DNA of 64,000 bases from Vairimorpha necatrix (lineage: Eukaryota): positions 1,178,001-1,242,000 of the forward strand of contig CP142730.1 of the NCBI GenBank assembly GCA_036630325.1, given 5' to 3'. Of the stretch, positions 48,401 through 62,199 are shown one piece after another. Position numbers and translations under genes: made by a program. Position 1 is the stretch's first letter; each line of letters opens with the position of its first letter. The notes below the pieces were generated by a model, which was not told the DNA's origin, ran no database searches, and was given only the letters and a program-made list of their open reading frames with translations.

Positions 48401-48647
48401 TACCCTCTTGCGAGATCCTCTCAACAATAAAATTTCTCAATAAAATAGAACCTCTCCTAAAAATTTCTAATTTAAATCCACACTCATCAATTTTCTCTAA
48501 AAACAACTCATAAACAATCCTTTTAACCTCTTTTAATAATATTCTAGCCTCTTGGCCACGATCCTCCTTTGTAGACCCATTTTCTGGTATCGCCCCCATG
48601 TGTTTATTTTCCATAATGAGGGGTAAAAATAATAAGGATATATAACA
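45464..48647 (-). mobile_element. Ty3/Gypsy family A, copy 2 (3184 bp)
   Basis: Identical 49-bp LTRs (45464-45512, 48599-48647). Perfect TSD TAAAC. Same PBS and PPT as copy 1. Confidence 0.97.
45540..48614 (-). CDS. Single Gag-RT-RNase H-IN polyprotein, 1024 aa, no protease motif
   Basis: Near-identical to 24351-27425. Last Cys of the CCHC knuckle is replaced by Phe. Confidence 0.95.
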   Translation of the reverse strand: MENKHMGAIPENGSTKEDRGQEARILLKEVKRIVYELFLEKIDECGFKLEIFRRGSILLRNFIVERISQEGSWKEIEEKLELLAIQEEKEQVRKKEFEELSLALWAKFEEKNKLSREENKKNMRCYNCGKLGHSVRFFSGMRRDSEDRRNKSSFNYVGKCKVQLDLEGKCDDDSNSDKCDYYNVDGGKRKKKNLGDIQDYSKRDNNKRVLLRRDVRGIAYLEEIISRVGGREDEDISFCKVEKCIIKTQEGKKVVKKGQAIAQALLKKTEDYINSLERRKIIRRSTSDWRNPIRAIEKPNGDIRLVSNLIALNDIVEKDPYELTRIRDVIRSTQGSEFFTVIDLKEGFYSIEIEEKDRFKTAFEFNKKVYEWNSMVMGFKNSPQILQRIMNGIFEKFIGKGIEIYMDDIVIHSKTREGHDKLLKEAVDILEENSMKINLAKVQLCKREVMLLGVTVNGKEILPSEIKQNEALEFPKPECVSDVRKFLGLAGWFRNHIDNYAKRTLALTDSLKGRGSNWKWTEEMEKEYISLREVIRDLKGLAIVNYNKEFLLRTDASNVGMGAVLMQEDDQGNWVPVQWASKKFTPTETRYGISEKEMYAVFWGIKKFEYELRGRRFRVETDHKALIEIRNKPAFNNNRINRWIEKIQEFDFSIEYREPSTMVVADALSRVHENEKTLMNKERSIKQAQGKWDKHVKVVDGKEIWVFDSGREAEIPKKELREGLIVNAHENLGHRSLGSVYYAMKFEFYWPGMKKDIEDVLKKCEVCQIYNRKKSGGCDFVSSRFYFEKVALDLIEFRDLGKYVLVVIDYYTRIVWGKVIEDKRGSSVVGFLKQLCGSGMKPVEIITDNGKEFSNEYMRNWCSEENVLHRKVSVESHRSNGRVERVIGTIREGILKDDAVDFEAKVNRCIWRYNNSYHEGLRCTPFEASRDKTGHVMIENGPEGFYSRRFVARKREKFYKGQRVRVAKKENLSGCSKYEKGRFLGYGVIKEVCGGDSYLVSLENGRIVKKRHYDLKGLLGINEF

Positions 48648-49382
48648 TAAACTATTAACAAAATAATATAAGTTCTCGATTGTCATGTATATGTATAATA
48701 GTGAATAACACAGCAAAATTATTGTATTAGGCATATATGCATGATGCTTTAATAATATAAAATTTAGTTGAATAACAAATTAAGATTATATGAATAATAA
48801 TATAAAAATGCAAATATAAAATTTAATTTCTATTAAGAAGTTGTCAACTGCAATAAATAAATATTTTAACAATATAAATGTTGGATAATTATAATTTTAT
48901 ATGTTATTTGGTGGTAAATGACGAAACAAATCATAGCTGACTATATACAATATAGAAGCCATAATAAACTACAAAAATTATATACTTAAAATATGAATAT
49001 TCTCGATTGCTTGCACAATTCCAAAATTATAAAGTATATAAAATAACACAAATAATAAATGCAAAATTTTAAAAAAGAAATGAGGTTACAACTATCTAAT
49101 AGGTATTGAAATGTGTCAAAAAATAATTTTATCGTAGAAAGCGATGCAAAAAAAAACATATTCAAAAATTTGAATTATAAGCCACGATCAAAATTATACG
49201 TGCTGCAAAGATTAAAATTTATCTGTACAAAAAAAAATGTGTGTTTTTCCTTTTTTTTTGCTGTGTAGCGAGAAATATTAAATATAAATATACGGAATAA
49301 AAATATTAAGCATTGGTGAAAGCATGACATGACCATTTTAAAGTAATTAAAAAAATATTATTTTTGCATAATAAAAATATAA

Positions 49383-50360
49383 TTAATTACTTTTATATTT
49401 AGAATAAATACATACTGAAAGTGCTGCTACTAAAAACATGATAACGTAGTGGTAATATCGCAATGCGCCTCCATAAGGGACATCGGGGGTTTTAGAATTA
49501 TTGTTATTTGGACCACTATTTGATGAAGGTTCTGCTTTTTTCTTGTTGTTATTATTGTTGTTTCCAGTTTTCATATTAACATTTGAATCGTTTAAATTTT
49601 TTTTTTCTGTTTTATTATGATTATGATCATTAATTGTACGTTGAAAATTATTTTGTTGATTTTCATCATTAGACTCGATATCCAACTCTGTTATCATATT
49701 TCCCCAGGACTTTATAGATGATGAATTTATCAACTCATCTTGTAACAATATTTTTTTCTTGATTTTCTCATTCTTTATTTCTCTTAAAACGTTGGGAGTG
49801 TCTAAATCGCATTTTTTGTTTAAATATTCAATAATTCTATCTAGGCTTGATGCATCAATTTTTAAATCACATTTGTTTTGCCAGCACGAATTTCCTGAAA
49901 TAAAATTCTTATCAAGAAACAACGGAGAGCTATGTGCCCATGAAACAGTGTTGGTTTTTGCATCATATAAAATATATTCTAAAAAACAGGTTTCGTACTC
50001 ATCACAGTTAAAACTACATTTAAAATATTTTACACTATCATTAAAATAACCACGCAGTTCGCTGTCTTGTATATTTGAACCTAACCTTCGAAGTTCTTCA
50101 TATTCTTTCATGTCTATAGGAATTAGAGGTAAACCAAATTCATTTACTAATGTTACAATATCTGCAACGTATGAGTTAGAATCAATTTTTATTTCCAAAA
50201 TATTTAAATCATTAGAGAGAAAAATTTTGACTTCATCATATTCATCAACTTCTTTTGAAAATCCAACGTATCCATCACAAACATTATTTTCTTTGTGATT
50301 TACAAAAAAAGTTATCTTACTGCAACCAAAAAGAAAATACAAAAATATTTTACAAACCAT
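49383..50360 (-). CDS. Membrane-protein family paralog P3, intact, 325 aa
   Basis: CCCTT-ATG. Family domain (CDGYVG..SVKYFKC..SWAHS), Asn-rich stalk, TM YVIMFLVAALSVCIY then SKYKSN. Confidence 0.9.
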   Translation of the reverse strand: MVCKIFLYFLFGCSKITFFVNHKENNVCDGYVGFSKEVDEYDEVKIFLSNDLNILEIKIDSNSYVADIVTLVNEFGLPLIPIDMKEYEELRRLGSNIQDSELRGYFNDSVKYFKCSFNCDEYETCFLEYILYDAKTNTVSWAHSSPLFLDKNFISGNSCWQNKCDLKIDASSLDRIIEYLNKKCDLDTPNVLREIKNEKIKKKILLQDELINSSSIKSWGNMITELDIESNDENQQNNFQRTINDHNHNKTEKKNLNDSNVNMKTGNNNNNNKKKAEPSSNSGPNNNNSKTPDVPYGGALRYYHYVIMFLVAALSVCIYSKYKSN

Positions 50361-53300
50361 AAGGGTTCAGATAATTCGTTTTTTATATAATAAATTACAA
50401 TATACATAACTTTGACGCCTTTTCAAATTAATGATTTTCTTAAAAAAAAACCGAAATTGTAATATATTTAATTTAACAAATGTCGAAAAATAAAAGAAAG
50501 CCTCTAGAAAGGCTTTATGATGTGTTTAATTAACCTCAATATCTAAGTAAATACATATTACATATTTGTTATTTGTTAGTATTAAATATGCTACGAGAAG
50601 AAAATCTTGTTACAGACAATTCAGTTTAATTTTTATTAACATTTATTGGATTATACGTCAAATATTAATTCTGATCAAAAACACCCCATAAATAAATTAA
50701 CATTCTTTAGATCGCATATGTATAAAGATCAAAAAATTTAGACTTTTATCAAGAATAATTTCTAATCTCTGGATAATATTTATTTTGATCTTTGTGGCTT
50801 TACTCTAGTAAAATAATTTACAGATGACATTTATTTTTTTATTTAAAAAATCAGAGATTTGCGTTATATGTAATTATGTGCAAGTAAGATAACAATTATA
50901 ATAGTCAAAAGTTTAATACTAGTTTTAATGTTTATATTCTATAAAAAGTATAAAATTAGTTTTTTAAAAAATGAGCTTTTACTTTTCTTTTACAAAAACA
51001 ATCCACACGAAAGCATTATATTGATACGTTGGTTTGCATTTAATTTATATTCTTATAAAGAAATACTAACAGATATAGATTTAAAGATTCGATATCATTC
51101 ACAACATTCACTATAGATAACTAAAGATTTTGACTTTTAATAATTTTTTTTAAAACTTTTTATATCTAACTTATTTATAGTTGTATTTGCGTTTAAATAG
51201 AAAAAACCTTTATTTTGTATATTTTGGATTATGGATAAAAATATATTTTTCGAAATTAATATTCTTGTTTTTCTAACCATATTTTTAATGGTTTTTTAAT
51301 CATCTTGAGTTTAATGACATCAATAACTTAAAAGCATAGACAAAATGAATCCTATCGTACAATTCTATTTTTGGTTGTGATATTATATATATTCAATGCT
51401 ATATTTGTTTATATGACCTTTGTTATAATTAATTATATCAAAAACTTAAGATACATCTGCCTTTACAATTGTATATTAATAAATACCTATAATTTTAGCG
51501 TCAAAACAGTATTGAACGTATTACCAACCCACAAAAATCTATGCACTAAATAAGCAGGATATTTGTTTATGAGAGAAATCAAATCTTATGTTCTCTTAGA
51601 AAGGTTTTTAAATTTGCAAATATAATTCATACATTTCGGCTAAAATTAATAAAAAAAATTTAAAACAGAAACACATACATAAGAGTATTTTTTCAATGTA
51701 ATTAATAAATACTAGCGAAAATCAACATTGAAAATCCGCGTATAATTGTTTCATAGAATTTTTTATTATAAAACAAGAAATAAAATATAGTAATTAAATT
51801 CAAACACATAAGTTCAAAGAATTGTTTTTAAAAGATATAATAAACATTGCTGTATGTATCAAAATTTGTTTGCCTTATACACAAAGTTTTAGGAATTAAA
51901 ATTAGTAAACATATAACTTTATTAATTTTTGCAATGTTTCATTTATTACAGTACATAATATCTATAAGAAGCAATCGCTCTTAAGTTTTTTATCTATTAA
52001 CTGATATACTGTAATAATGAAGTTGTCGCATGCATAAATTATAAATATTTTTTTTTTGCACAATAAATTCTTATATATAAATATATATATATCATAAAAT
52101 TGTGTTTGTACATGGACCTTTGAATGGTAGTTGTACTGGAAAATTTTTTTTGTCTACGAAAAAATATATAAGAATTTGATTTCTTTTGCATTATATTAAT
52201 ATTAAAAACCATCTCAAAAAGCTAAGGTTTGATATTTTAGCATAAATTTTTTTTGTGATTGTCAGAAACCATAGCTTTAAAATTTATATTATTATATTAG
52301 TCAAAGGTTAAACAATTATTTGTTTCATTTGATCAATCGTATTATTGTGGACAAAACATATTAAGATATGATATATTAATTATTAATATATCAATTCTTA
52401 ACGTAAAACATTAAATGACAAGTTACAAAGGTTTAATCATGCAATTTTATATAAACCTAACCTAATTTCTCGTAGTCAACGCTTAAGTGAAAATTAACAC
52501 ATTAAAATTTAAATATTACATTTTTATTAAAACCCTAATGAAATACAACTGGAAAGAACATAAAACCACATTGAAAGCAAAAATGAGAGCAACACAATGA
52601 ATAATTGCCAGTTTAGTTATCAGAACCTGATAAATAGGAATTAGTCTAGTCTTCATCTTTAAATTCGTCTTGATCGTCGTTTTCTCAACTGCACAAATTA
52701 TAGGTATCAAGTTTATTTTGTGCAAGACTAAACTAAAATTAAACATTTAAATAAATTTTTTTTTTATATTTACATTGTGATCATACTTAGTAAAGGCATC
52801 GTATTCTTAAAGTAATTTATTTTAAATAAACAATTTATTTTTTTGTAATTTATTAAGTGATTATCTGCATTAAGAGGCTCTAGGTCTTATCTATTTTTTA
52901 ATTAATTTTCGTATTTGCATAAAACAAATCGCTTCTGTCAATGCTCGCGATTTCTCATATATCAACTTGTATTTTTATTATGTAATTTCGATAAAACTAT
53001 TGAGCGCTTCATATATCTGGTTTATTGCGTTCAATTTTTGTTTTAGAATCAATAACATGCAAATGATTAGAAAATTCAACAATTTTTTTTACTTAAAAAA
53101 ATCAAAAAAAAATTTCAGATACTTTTAATTTGATACAAATGTCATATACATGAATCCCCTTTTTCTTTAATATTTAACATTTAAATGTGTGCCTAATCAA
53201 GAGTTTCTTGTTTTTTTTTTTCAATAAAGACCTTCTCTGTAAATTTACTTTATTCTAATAATTCATGCTACGTTTATAATACTCTACATTATTGTAAAAA

Positions 53301-54859
53301 TTTTTTCTAACGTCCTCATCTTTAGTTTGACAAGCTTGACTTTTATTTTTTTCATATTCGTTTTTATCTGCTGTAAACATAAGAAATCTTATTACAAGAT
53401 GATGATATGAATACTAAGATACTTCAGTAATCACTTTATTGTAGATACGTACCAAATGCATCTTCTGTAAATTATTTACTAATAAAAATAAATATATATT
53501 TTATCCATTTAAAAATATTAAAAGGAAAGGAACGCATTATTTAACAAATCCATTATAAAAAGAAAATCAATGACAACAACAAAAGATATGTGTAATGTTT
53601 TTTTAAGAACGATAAACCTTTTTCTTTAATGAGAAGAGAATAAAAGTCTACAAATTTACCGGCTTCTTTTGTAGTATCAATGTAAATTTTCAAATATTAC
53701 CATATTGTTAATTTATTAAAGTCAGTTATTGGTTTCATAAGCAATCTATACACTAAAATACACATCATAAGGTATGAAGTAGAGTAAATTGTGTATTAAA
53801 AATAATACATATAACAGCCAATATTATATCAATTCATTACTACCATATAGATGCAATGATTGTATAGAAAAAAATTTTCTTAAATGAAAACAAAGGTATT
53901 ATGATTTTTAAAAATTTTTCACAATAGTTTCTAATCTTAAGTAGTTTAAAATACTTATATTTATTTGTTACAATCTACACTTTTTTGTTAATTCTTCAGA
54001 TAACATTATGATATAAGTAAAAAATAAAAAATAAGATATGATGTTTAAACGTATATTTAACGTTTAGTTGTATAATAGAAATTAAAGATTTACTATAATA
54101 CATTTACATATGTTTTGTAGACCCCGTTAGTTATAATGTTTTTATTCATCATGAACACATTAGTATGAGATATAAACTTAAAAATTTTATTAATTTGCTA
54201 AAAGTACATTAAATTAATGTTTTACAAAACAAATAGAATAATATCAGTAATAAAAACATTTATTAAAATAAATTATACCAGAAGTTATTTTTAGCATATG
54301 TATAATATTTAACTGCAAAAGGGTTCTATTGAATATTTAAAGTTATTAATGGTACTCGTATTGAACCTTAAAAACATTCTCTGCCCTTAAAATATAAATT
54401 AAAGTAATAAATACATTCGAATCGATTTTTTATAAAAAATACATTTGTAAAAGTTATATCTTATATAATATTATCTAAAAAAAATAGCGAGTTATTTAGA
54501 TTGTCTATGATAAATTAAAAGTAATGATAACTAGTTACAATTTTTTTGTAATCAAATCATTTTTAAAAAATTTGGGAGATACTTGATTATTTGTGATTTT
54601 TATCTTGTTTTATAGCAATTTTGTCGAATGATTACTCTTTTTTAATTTTTGATATGCTTTCTAAGTGTTTAAATTATAATCACTAAAAACGATTAATAAA
54701 ATATTATAGCATTTACATACGTAAAAAGTTTTAGCATAATCAATTATGTATATTTGTAAATGTTTACTTATATCTTTTTAAACAACAATTTTATCTTAAT
54801 TTACTATAATAGAAACATATACCTAAAGACAAAGTTGGTCAATAAATTTCAAATATTTA

Positions 54860-56198
54860 GTATAATTTTACAAAAAATTCAACTTAAAAATAACAATAAG
54901 AACAAATATAAATACGTCATATATTTAAACGAAATAAAAGAACCATATAGTTTAAATAAATAAGAATTTATAATTAATAATTTTCGATTTTAGGAAATAT
55001 TGATGTATAAATTATCATTATCAAGGAAAATTAAATTTCATAGTTTTGTAATTACTGCGAATGTTTAAAATTGTAAATTATATATATTTTACTGGGTCTT
55101 CTCATTCGCGCTTCTTCTTTATAGTATTTATCTGTCTGATCAGTGTTTTACAGCTCTAAACCTTTCTTTCAAGCAACTTCAAGCTTATACCTTAAAAAGT
55201 TATCAGATATATACAAAAATCACTTCTGATGTAGAAGACTTTGTATATACTCTAGTATGCCGTTGATTTTACGCATCTCAAGCTAGCTTGTTAGTTATTT
55301 GGTCACTACAATTATCCATGTTCATAATAAAGAATTATTATTGTTTCCGCTAATTGTTTAACACATTTAATTCTCAAAATAATCATACAATTGCTCTCAG
55401 CTATGTCGAAAACAAAAATTATCTCTAAAATGATTCTTAAAAATTTAAAAAAGCAAATTTTCTCTATAATATATATTACCAATTTAAAATATTACATTTA
55501 ATTTCTAAAGCTGTGTTAGAAACTTTAGATTTTTTTCGTAAGTTTTCTTTTTATGAACATCGGTATTTTTTTGTTGTCTATATCTTCAATTCTTTTTTTC
55601 TTTGTCCTTTTGTCATTTGTAATGTTCAATTATGTGTATCCGAGCGAATGGAGGAGTTTAAATTTTCTATATATAATTCATAAAACCCAGCACTTATAGT
55701 TAAACTTCTAGTTCTGTGTAGCATTTTTTTACCGAAAACATATTTCGGATCGTAATCGTACATTGCACTATGTTCCCATGTAATTTTATGTTTTTTCGGT
55801 TCATAAAATACTATTTCGAAAAAAAAATTTGTGTGCTGGCATTTATTCAAACTACACTTTCGATAATTTTCATTGTTCAAAAATATCTCACGGGTTTTCA
55901 CATTGGTAATTATTCCAGCCAATCTTCCAATTTTTTCGTAATCTTTTTTATCCACCACTTCCAGTATAAGTCCTTCCTCATAAACTTTTTTTATGAAGAT
56001 ATCAGCACTACATGAATGTCTTGCTTCTTCGTACAACCGTTTTTCGTATTTAGACAAAAAAACTTTGCAATTATCATCAATTTCTGCTTTATTATGAAGA
56101 CTAATATAACAATCACAAGTATCATCTTCTTTATAATTAAATAGTAAATATGAGTCGCTATATACAAATAGAATAGACTTAGTTAACCCTAATAACAT
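54860..56198 (-). pseudogene. Membrane-protein family paralog P4 (N-domain intact to 55626, remainder broken)
   Basis: CCCCA-ATG at 56198. CDCYIS..NYRKC..TWEHS. Downstream TM-like remnant MTYLYLFLLLFLS near 54880-54920. Confidence 0.75.
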
Positions 56199-59100
56199 TG
56201 GGGCCATAAATTATCGATATTAATATAAATAATTAATAAAAATTATAAATTGACAGTTATCAACTTGACATTTTTCACTTGTAAAGGGTTTGCATTTTAT
56301 TGTTTTTTTCGTGTTTAAACATTATTTTTATCGGAAAAAGCAGTCCGTTTTAGCAACTAAAATAATTCGGTGTCTACATTTTTTTCTGCAAATTATTATA
56401 TATATAAAATTCACATCAGATTAAAAATAGAAGAACAGAAAATGAAAAAATCATCTATTAGTAGCTAATGTGTAGCATCCAATATATACATAATTTGTTT
56501 AGGTCGCAAAGGATGGGAGTGAAGTTATAAATAAAACTTTAGTTTGGTATGGAATAGATTAAAACATTCAATTCTTATTCATTGATCAATTGTACAAAAT
56601 AAATTTCTTATAACGTTTTGTAATTATTTCTCGTTTAATAATATTCACCAAATACTATTTGAGAGCAAAAGCCTAGTAATTAGATTTTTATCATCTGTAA
56701 TATATAAGTTTTTTTTATCAAATTCATTGATTTTATAAAAGAATTTAATACAACAGAGTATTTTATTCGGTTATGTCATTTTTTAGAATTATAACAAAAT
56801 ATTTTTTGAACGGTATTATTTTACAACACAAATTTTAAATCGTTACATTCATGACTCAAGTAATTTATATCTTTACTATAAAAGATAAGCAAATAAAGTA
56901 AATATATAGAATGTTTTTATCATTTGTTTTAATTCTATTGTCGGTCTGTTCGAGAGTCTTGTGGCGTGTTGAATTTAATAAAACAATTTTATCCGATTAA
57001 AAATTGTAATGTAAAAAAGTTTTATAACAAAACTTCTAACTTTAAATATCTTCATTTAATTTTAATAAAAAAATATAGACATAATGTGCATACAATTTTT
57101 AAATTACGATAATTTATCAATTATTGAAAAACAAATCGTTTAAGTTTTTTATATTTACAAACAGTTGCTTATTTTATATATTTTTCGCAGGCCTTTATTG
57201 TTTTCTGATTATTCAGTGCATATTTCGAAGATAAAATTAATATAATTACATCCCTATATAGAATATCGTTGTTGTATATATCCTTCGATTAAAAATTTTA
57301 TAATTCAGTTCGAGCATTTCGATCATAAAAAATTTTACTGAAGAACAAATTTAGCATATGTTATTTTGCTAATATTTTTGATTCTTTTTATCTTACCTAA
57401 TATTTATGTGTCTTTGCGAAAATTTAACATTATATTACAAGGATATTGAAGAAATTTAGTTAATTTTACCAATAAATTAAGCTTTTATCAGATAGTTAAA
57501 AATCAAAGTTTATCAAATTGAAATAAAGGCGGTTGCACTAAATGAATCAATAAGAAAAACTCAATGATAGTTGTCTCATAAAAGGGACCAATCAGTGGGA
57601 TGATTAAGACTTTATTGATTATCGTTTCTCAAATTAATGGGGTTTATTACAAATATATTAAACAGGTTTAAACATACATCAAACCCCCAGACCAGGAAAT
57701 TTATTATTATGTAAATATAGCGAAATACTGTTATAGTTATTTTTGAAATTTTAATATTATTGTTCGACTAAAATGTTTTAAATCGTCATTTAAACGTATT
57801 TTATATGCTCTACAAATCTAGAAGCATATTTTATTCACATATACGTGATAATGTTTAATAAACATCGCAATTAAATTATAGCAATTAATTACAAAATATA
57901 TTTGTAATATAAAAAAAATTCTGATAGTTGTAAACACTAATTCTTCCACATCGACACATAAAACATTTATTTTAGTACATATTAGAACATTTTTGTGATA
58001 TGATTGGCATTTTAACATGCAAAAGTAATATGCAATAAAGGTATAACACCCGGGCAATACAAAATTCTGCGTATTTTTGTCTAATAACCAAATCTAATTA
58101 ATATATAGACTCTTAAATATGATAATACTTCATTTTTTAACTCAATATTAGAATTAGTTATATGATATCGTGTCTCTACGACGTCTGAACTTTCTACATA
58201 GAAGGAACGCTAGCATACTACGACGATTAAAATTAAATGTTAAAGCAAGGGAATAATAAAGACACACCAGATACTAAGAAATAAATTGGAGGGTTTAAAT
58301 ATATTTCTGGAGCTGAATTCAAATTAAAATTTGACAATGCATTAGTGTCTTCAAGTCGATTTACCTTCTGTTTTCATTATGACATTTACGCTTATTTTGC
58401 GAGCGATCTTCCCACAATAAAATAATTATGTGGCACTATTAAAAATCCGCCCAATCTTTAAGAATTTAAATTTAGCAAATAATTTATAATAGCTTCAAAG
58501 ATAAATAGACTAGACTTATTAGCAAATAACTTTAAATTTATAGTTTAGATATAATAAAGGTTTTTATTTTATATTTACTCATAAAATAAAGTTAGAATAG
58601 TTGTATGATAAAATGATCATAATCATAAATTTCTATCATGAGATATTTGGAGCAATTTTACAATATTTATAACAATAAAAATTGTTTTTTATATAAATAG
58701 TTTATGTAAAAATGTATAGCAAGAAGAAAATATTAATATAAAAATAATTCTAGAACACCTCAATTACTATTTATGACATTACCAGAAAAGAAATAATAAA
58801 ATGATGTTTATATTCTTACAATAAAAACATTAAAAAAATCTTGATAAAATCATGAAGCATGAATTGTATTTAAAGGTAAATAGAAGGTTTTTTTTAGATT
58901 ATGGTGGCAGAAATTAATTTATATAGCTTTTATTTGCACATTTTCCTCTTGCGCTTTTTTTGAAGATTTGTGCTGATATTTAAATAGTTTTATACTTATA
59001 ATTGATTATTTATTTAGAATTTAATCTACTAAATTTGATTGAGTTTAAAATTTTAAATCATTACACACTTCATAAAGAGACTTAATGCCTTTGATGTAAC

Positions 59101-60125
59101 ACGAATTTTCTCTTGTATGGTACATTATGCTATGTTCACTCTTCTTTGATGTTTCAAAAATATTTTTGCAGATATCTTTATTGAACATAGCATTATGTTC
59201 ATTGTAATGGTAAATATTATAATCATTATAATCAATAATTTACATAATTATTTATTTAAATTCTTGCTTTGCATTAAGCGTAAACGAGGCTCATTTCTAT
59301 ACGTTTGCTGTATAAAAAAGCACTAAATTACACCTTATATATAAAAAATTTACTCAATAATTTATTAATAGATTGACACTCATTGTTAATAACACCCAAT
59401 ACTGTATGTTTCAATTTAATATTATCTTTTTTTTGGATTAAATAAAAAATATGATAATCAATATACAAAAAAACGAAATTTGTTGAAAGTCAAAATAAAT
59501 AATGTTTGGATAATTTTATGTATTAAATCATACCGAAAAATTAAGCTATGTTATATTAGTTAAATTTTATGCTCATGATTGTTTAAACGTGTTTTACGGA
59601 TAATTTAGTATTTTTATAATATATACAGTATTAATATAAACTTAATCTAAAAAAAAATAAAGAACTACGAATTTATTTTTTAACCTATATACTTGAAAGA
59701 AGGACTGCGATACACACGGACATTAGATATTGATAGCATAGAGCCACTGTACAAACGTATATTAATCCAATTTCTATAAATATAATGCACAAAATTTATT
59801 ACATAAAACAATAGATTAACGACTAAACAAATACTTTTACAAAAGAATATTTTTAAAGTTTTCCAAAATATCATAGTCGAAACACTTAAGGTATAGTTCA
59901 TCATAATTATTACTCCTCTATGTTGTTCTTTAATATTCAAATAAGTCAAACTCATGTTTAATCTTATTTAAACTGTTGTTGTCGATCCAAAATTTTTTTG
60001 CACTTTTACACATCGTTAAAATATATTATCATAACATACTATGAATACAATAACATTATCAATGAGTAACCAATAATTGTTTTACATATAATAATCAAAA
60101 TGGACATTATTATTAATATAAATTT

Positions 60126-61861
60126 TTATTCGCGCTTCAATTTAAAATAAATGGAACATGAAAAAATCAATAAGATAAAGATAAAAAACAAGTAATTGAC
60201 CTTAGATGGCCCATTCCTGTTGTTGTAATTGTCATTATTTGATTCCGAATCAGAAGAGAAATATTTTTCACATGATAAAATATTATCCTCGAGATCTTTA
60301 CTCCTGTTTAGAACATCCATGGTATTATTTTTTACTAAGTTTGTATTAGTTTCTCCATTTTCAATCATTAAATTATTGTTGGAATTTTCGAATGGATTTA
60401 TTTTATGTTCTAGTATAGTTTTAGAATCAAATTCGAAAGTATTGTAATATACTATGTGTTTTTTAGTATTTTCTTGATTATAATCTTTCAAATTTGTGCA
60501 TGTATTTTGTTTTTTTTAACTGTGAGAATATATACTACTATTAAATTCAGGTCAATTTTAGCAAATTTACTACAATTATGTCCATAATAAATATAATCTT
60601 TGAAAACGGCATGAATAGGGTGTTCGTATCGTTTATTGAAATTTCCATTATGAATTATTGACGCTAGATAGACATTTTTTATTTTCTTAAACATATCATG
60701 ATATTCTCTAATATTTGGTTTTATTAATATCTCATTTATAGCAGTATTGTAACTAATAATAGATCGCTTATCTTGTTTATTTTTTAGTACTTCATTTCCG
60801 GCATACTTTACGCTATTGTAATCATTTATATTAACATTCTTTTTATTTTCCTTATATATTTTTTTATTTTTATATATACATATGGAATTAAGAGGGTTAT
60901 GTATGTATAAAAAATTTCCAATTTCATTACTCATATTATGATAGTCTAAAATTTCACGTTTTTTAATTTCTTCTTTTTGTATCTATGAAACTTTTTATTG
61001 TTATAATGATAACTAGAATATGAAGTTATTGATTTATATGCTGTTATTTCCTTTAATTCGATTTCATTTTTATCTTCCAAAATGGTTTCGTAGTAATTAT
61101 TTTTAGCTAATAAGTTTTCAACACAAACAAGTTTTAAATGTTGCAAATTGATAGGATTATATTCATTTAATGTTTTTTTCTTTGAATTTATAGCATTTTG
61201 TACATTTGATTCTTTAATACGATATATATCTAACATAACTAGCGTTGAAAAAGTAATATATTCCTTTTGTGTATTATTAGCAACGATATTATCATATAAA
61301 GTATTTGATCTTTTGGGCAAACTTAAAAATTTATAATATAAATCGTTACTCTTTGAATCGATAAATAATCGCATTTTTCTTTCCATACTTAATGTATTGA
61401 AATAATTTTTTTTTCTAAAGTAAATACTTTTGTATGTCCCCAACAAATAGTATTTATGTTTTTCTCATAGAAAACTATTTCAAAACAAATTTGATTATAT
61501 TCTAAAATATTGAAACTGAATTTATAATATTGTACGCAATTAAAAAACTTAATTTTGCTATTTTCATCTTCAAGATTTTCGGCCAGATTTCTTATTGAAG
61601 CATATTCTCTTTCATCTATTTGATGTAAAAACAGTCCAGTTTCAAAAAGATGATTAATTTCGTACTTAAGTTTCAATTGTCTTTAATTTCTTTATAAAAC
61701 AAGTTTTTATCTCTAGAAATGAATATTTTAAATTCGTTCAATTCGTCAGCTTTATTTGTTTTGCCAATATATAAATCACATTGATTATCTCCATTATAAC
61801 TTACAAATAATATCAACTCACAGTGATTAAAAAGAAAATACCAATATAATTTTAATGACAT
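60126..61861 (-). pseudogene. Membrane-protein family paralog P5 (long form, five frameshifted pieces)
   Basis: CCCTT-ATG. CDLYIG, EREYASIR, FEIVFY..CWGHT. Abutting ORFs end in TM YLFFIFILLIFSCSIYF then KLKRE. Confidence 0.8.
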
Positions 61862-62199
61862 AAGGGTTTAAAAAATTCAAATTATAGCATTATTAATTTA
61901 AGACACAATTTGACAGTTAATATAAATAAAATTAATTTAACAAATTGATTAACGTATTAACATATGATAATGAATGATAATAAAAATAACAGTATTGCTT
62001 TGTCCAGTTTATTTTTTTTAGGAATAATTAAAATTTCTTTTTATTATTGGTTCTTATGCATTATTAACAAAAAAATTCATATTCTTTTATAATCAAAATT
62101 TCGTAAATATAAATTTCGAAGTCCATTTTTTGACTAAAAAAGTAGTAAATTTATAACCGGTGTCAATTAAACATATTCAAAGATAGAATTTCCACTTAT

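Noticed and set aside
48615-48734. Hydrophobic, signal-like N-terminal extensions on the A polyproteins (also 27426-27473)
   Set aside because: They run through the LTR into unrelated flanking DNA that differs between the copies. Likely chance open frames in AT-rich sequence.
52516-53850. Possible seventh family paralog with a TM-like end
   Set aside because: Diagnostic family motifs could not be recovered by eye.
60126-61861. Overlapping ORFs resembling an operon or programmed frameshifting
   Set aside because: The pieces reconstruct one family gene. Global sequencing error is also unlikely because 3-kb ORFs nearby are intact, though single indels cannot be excluded.
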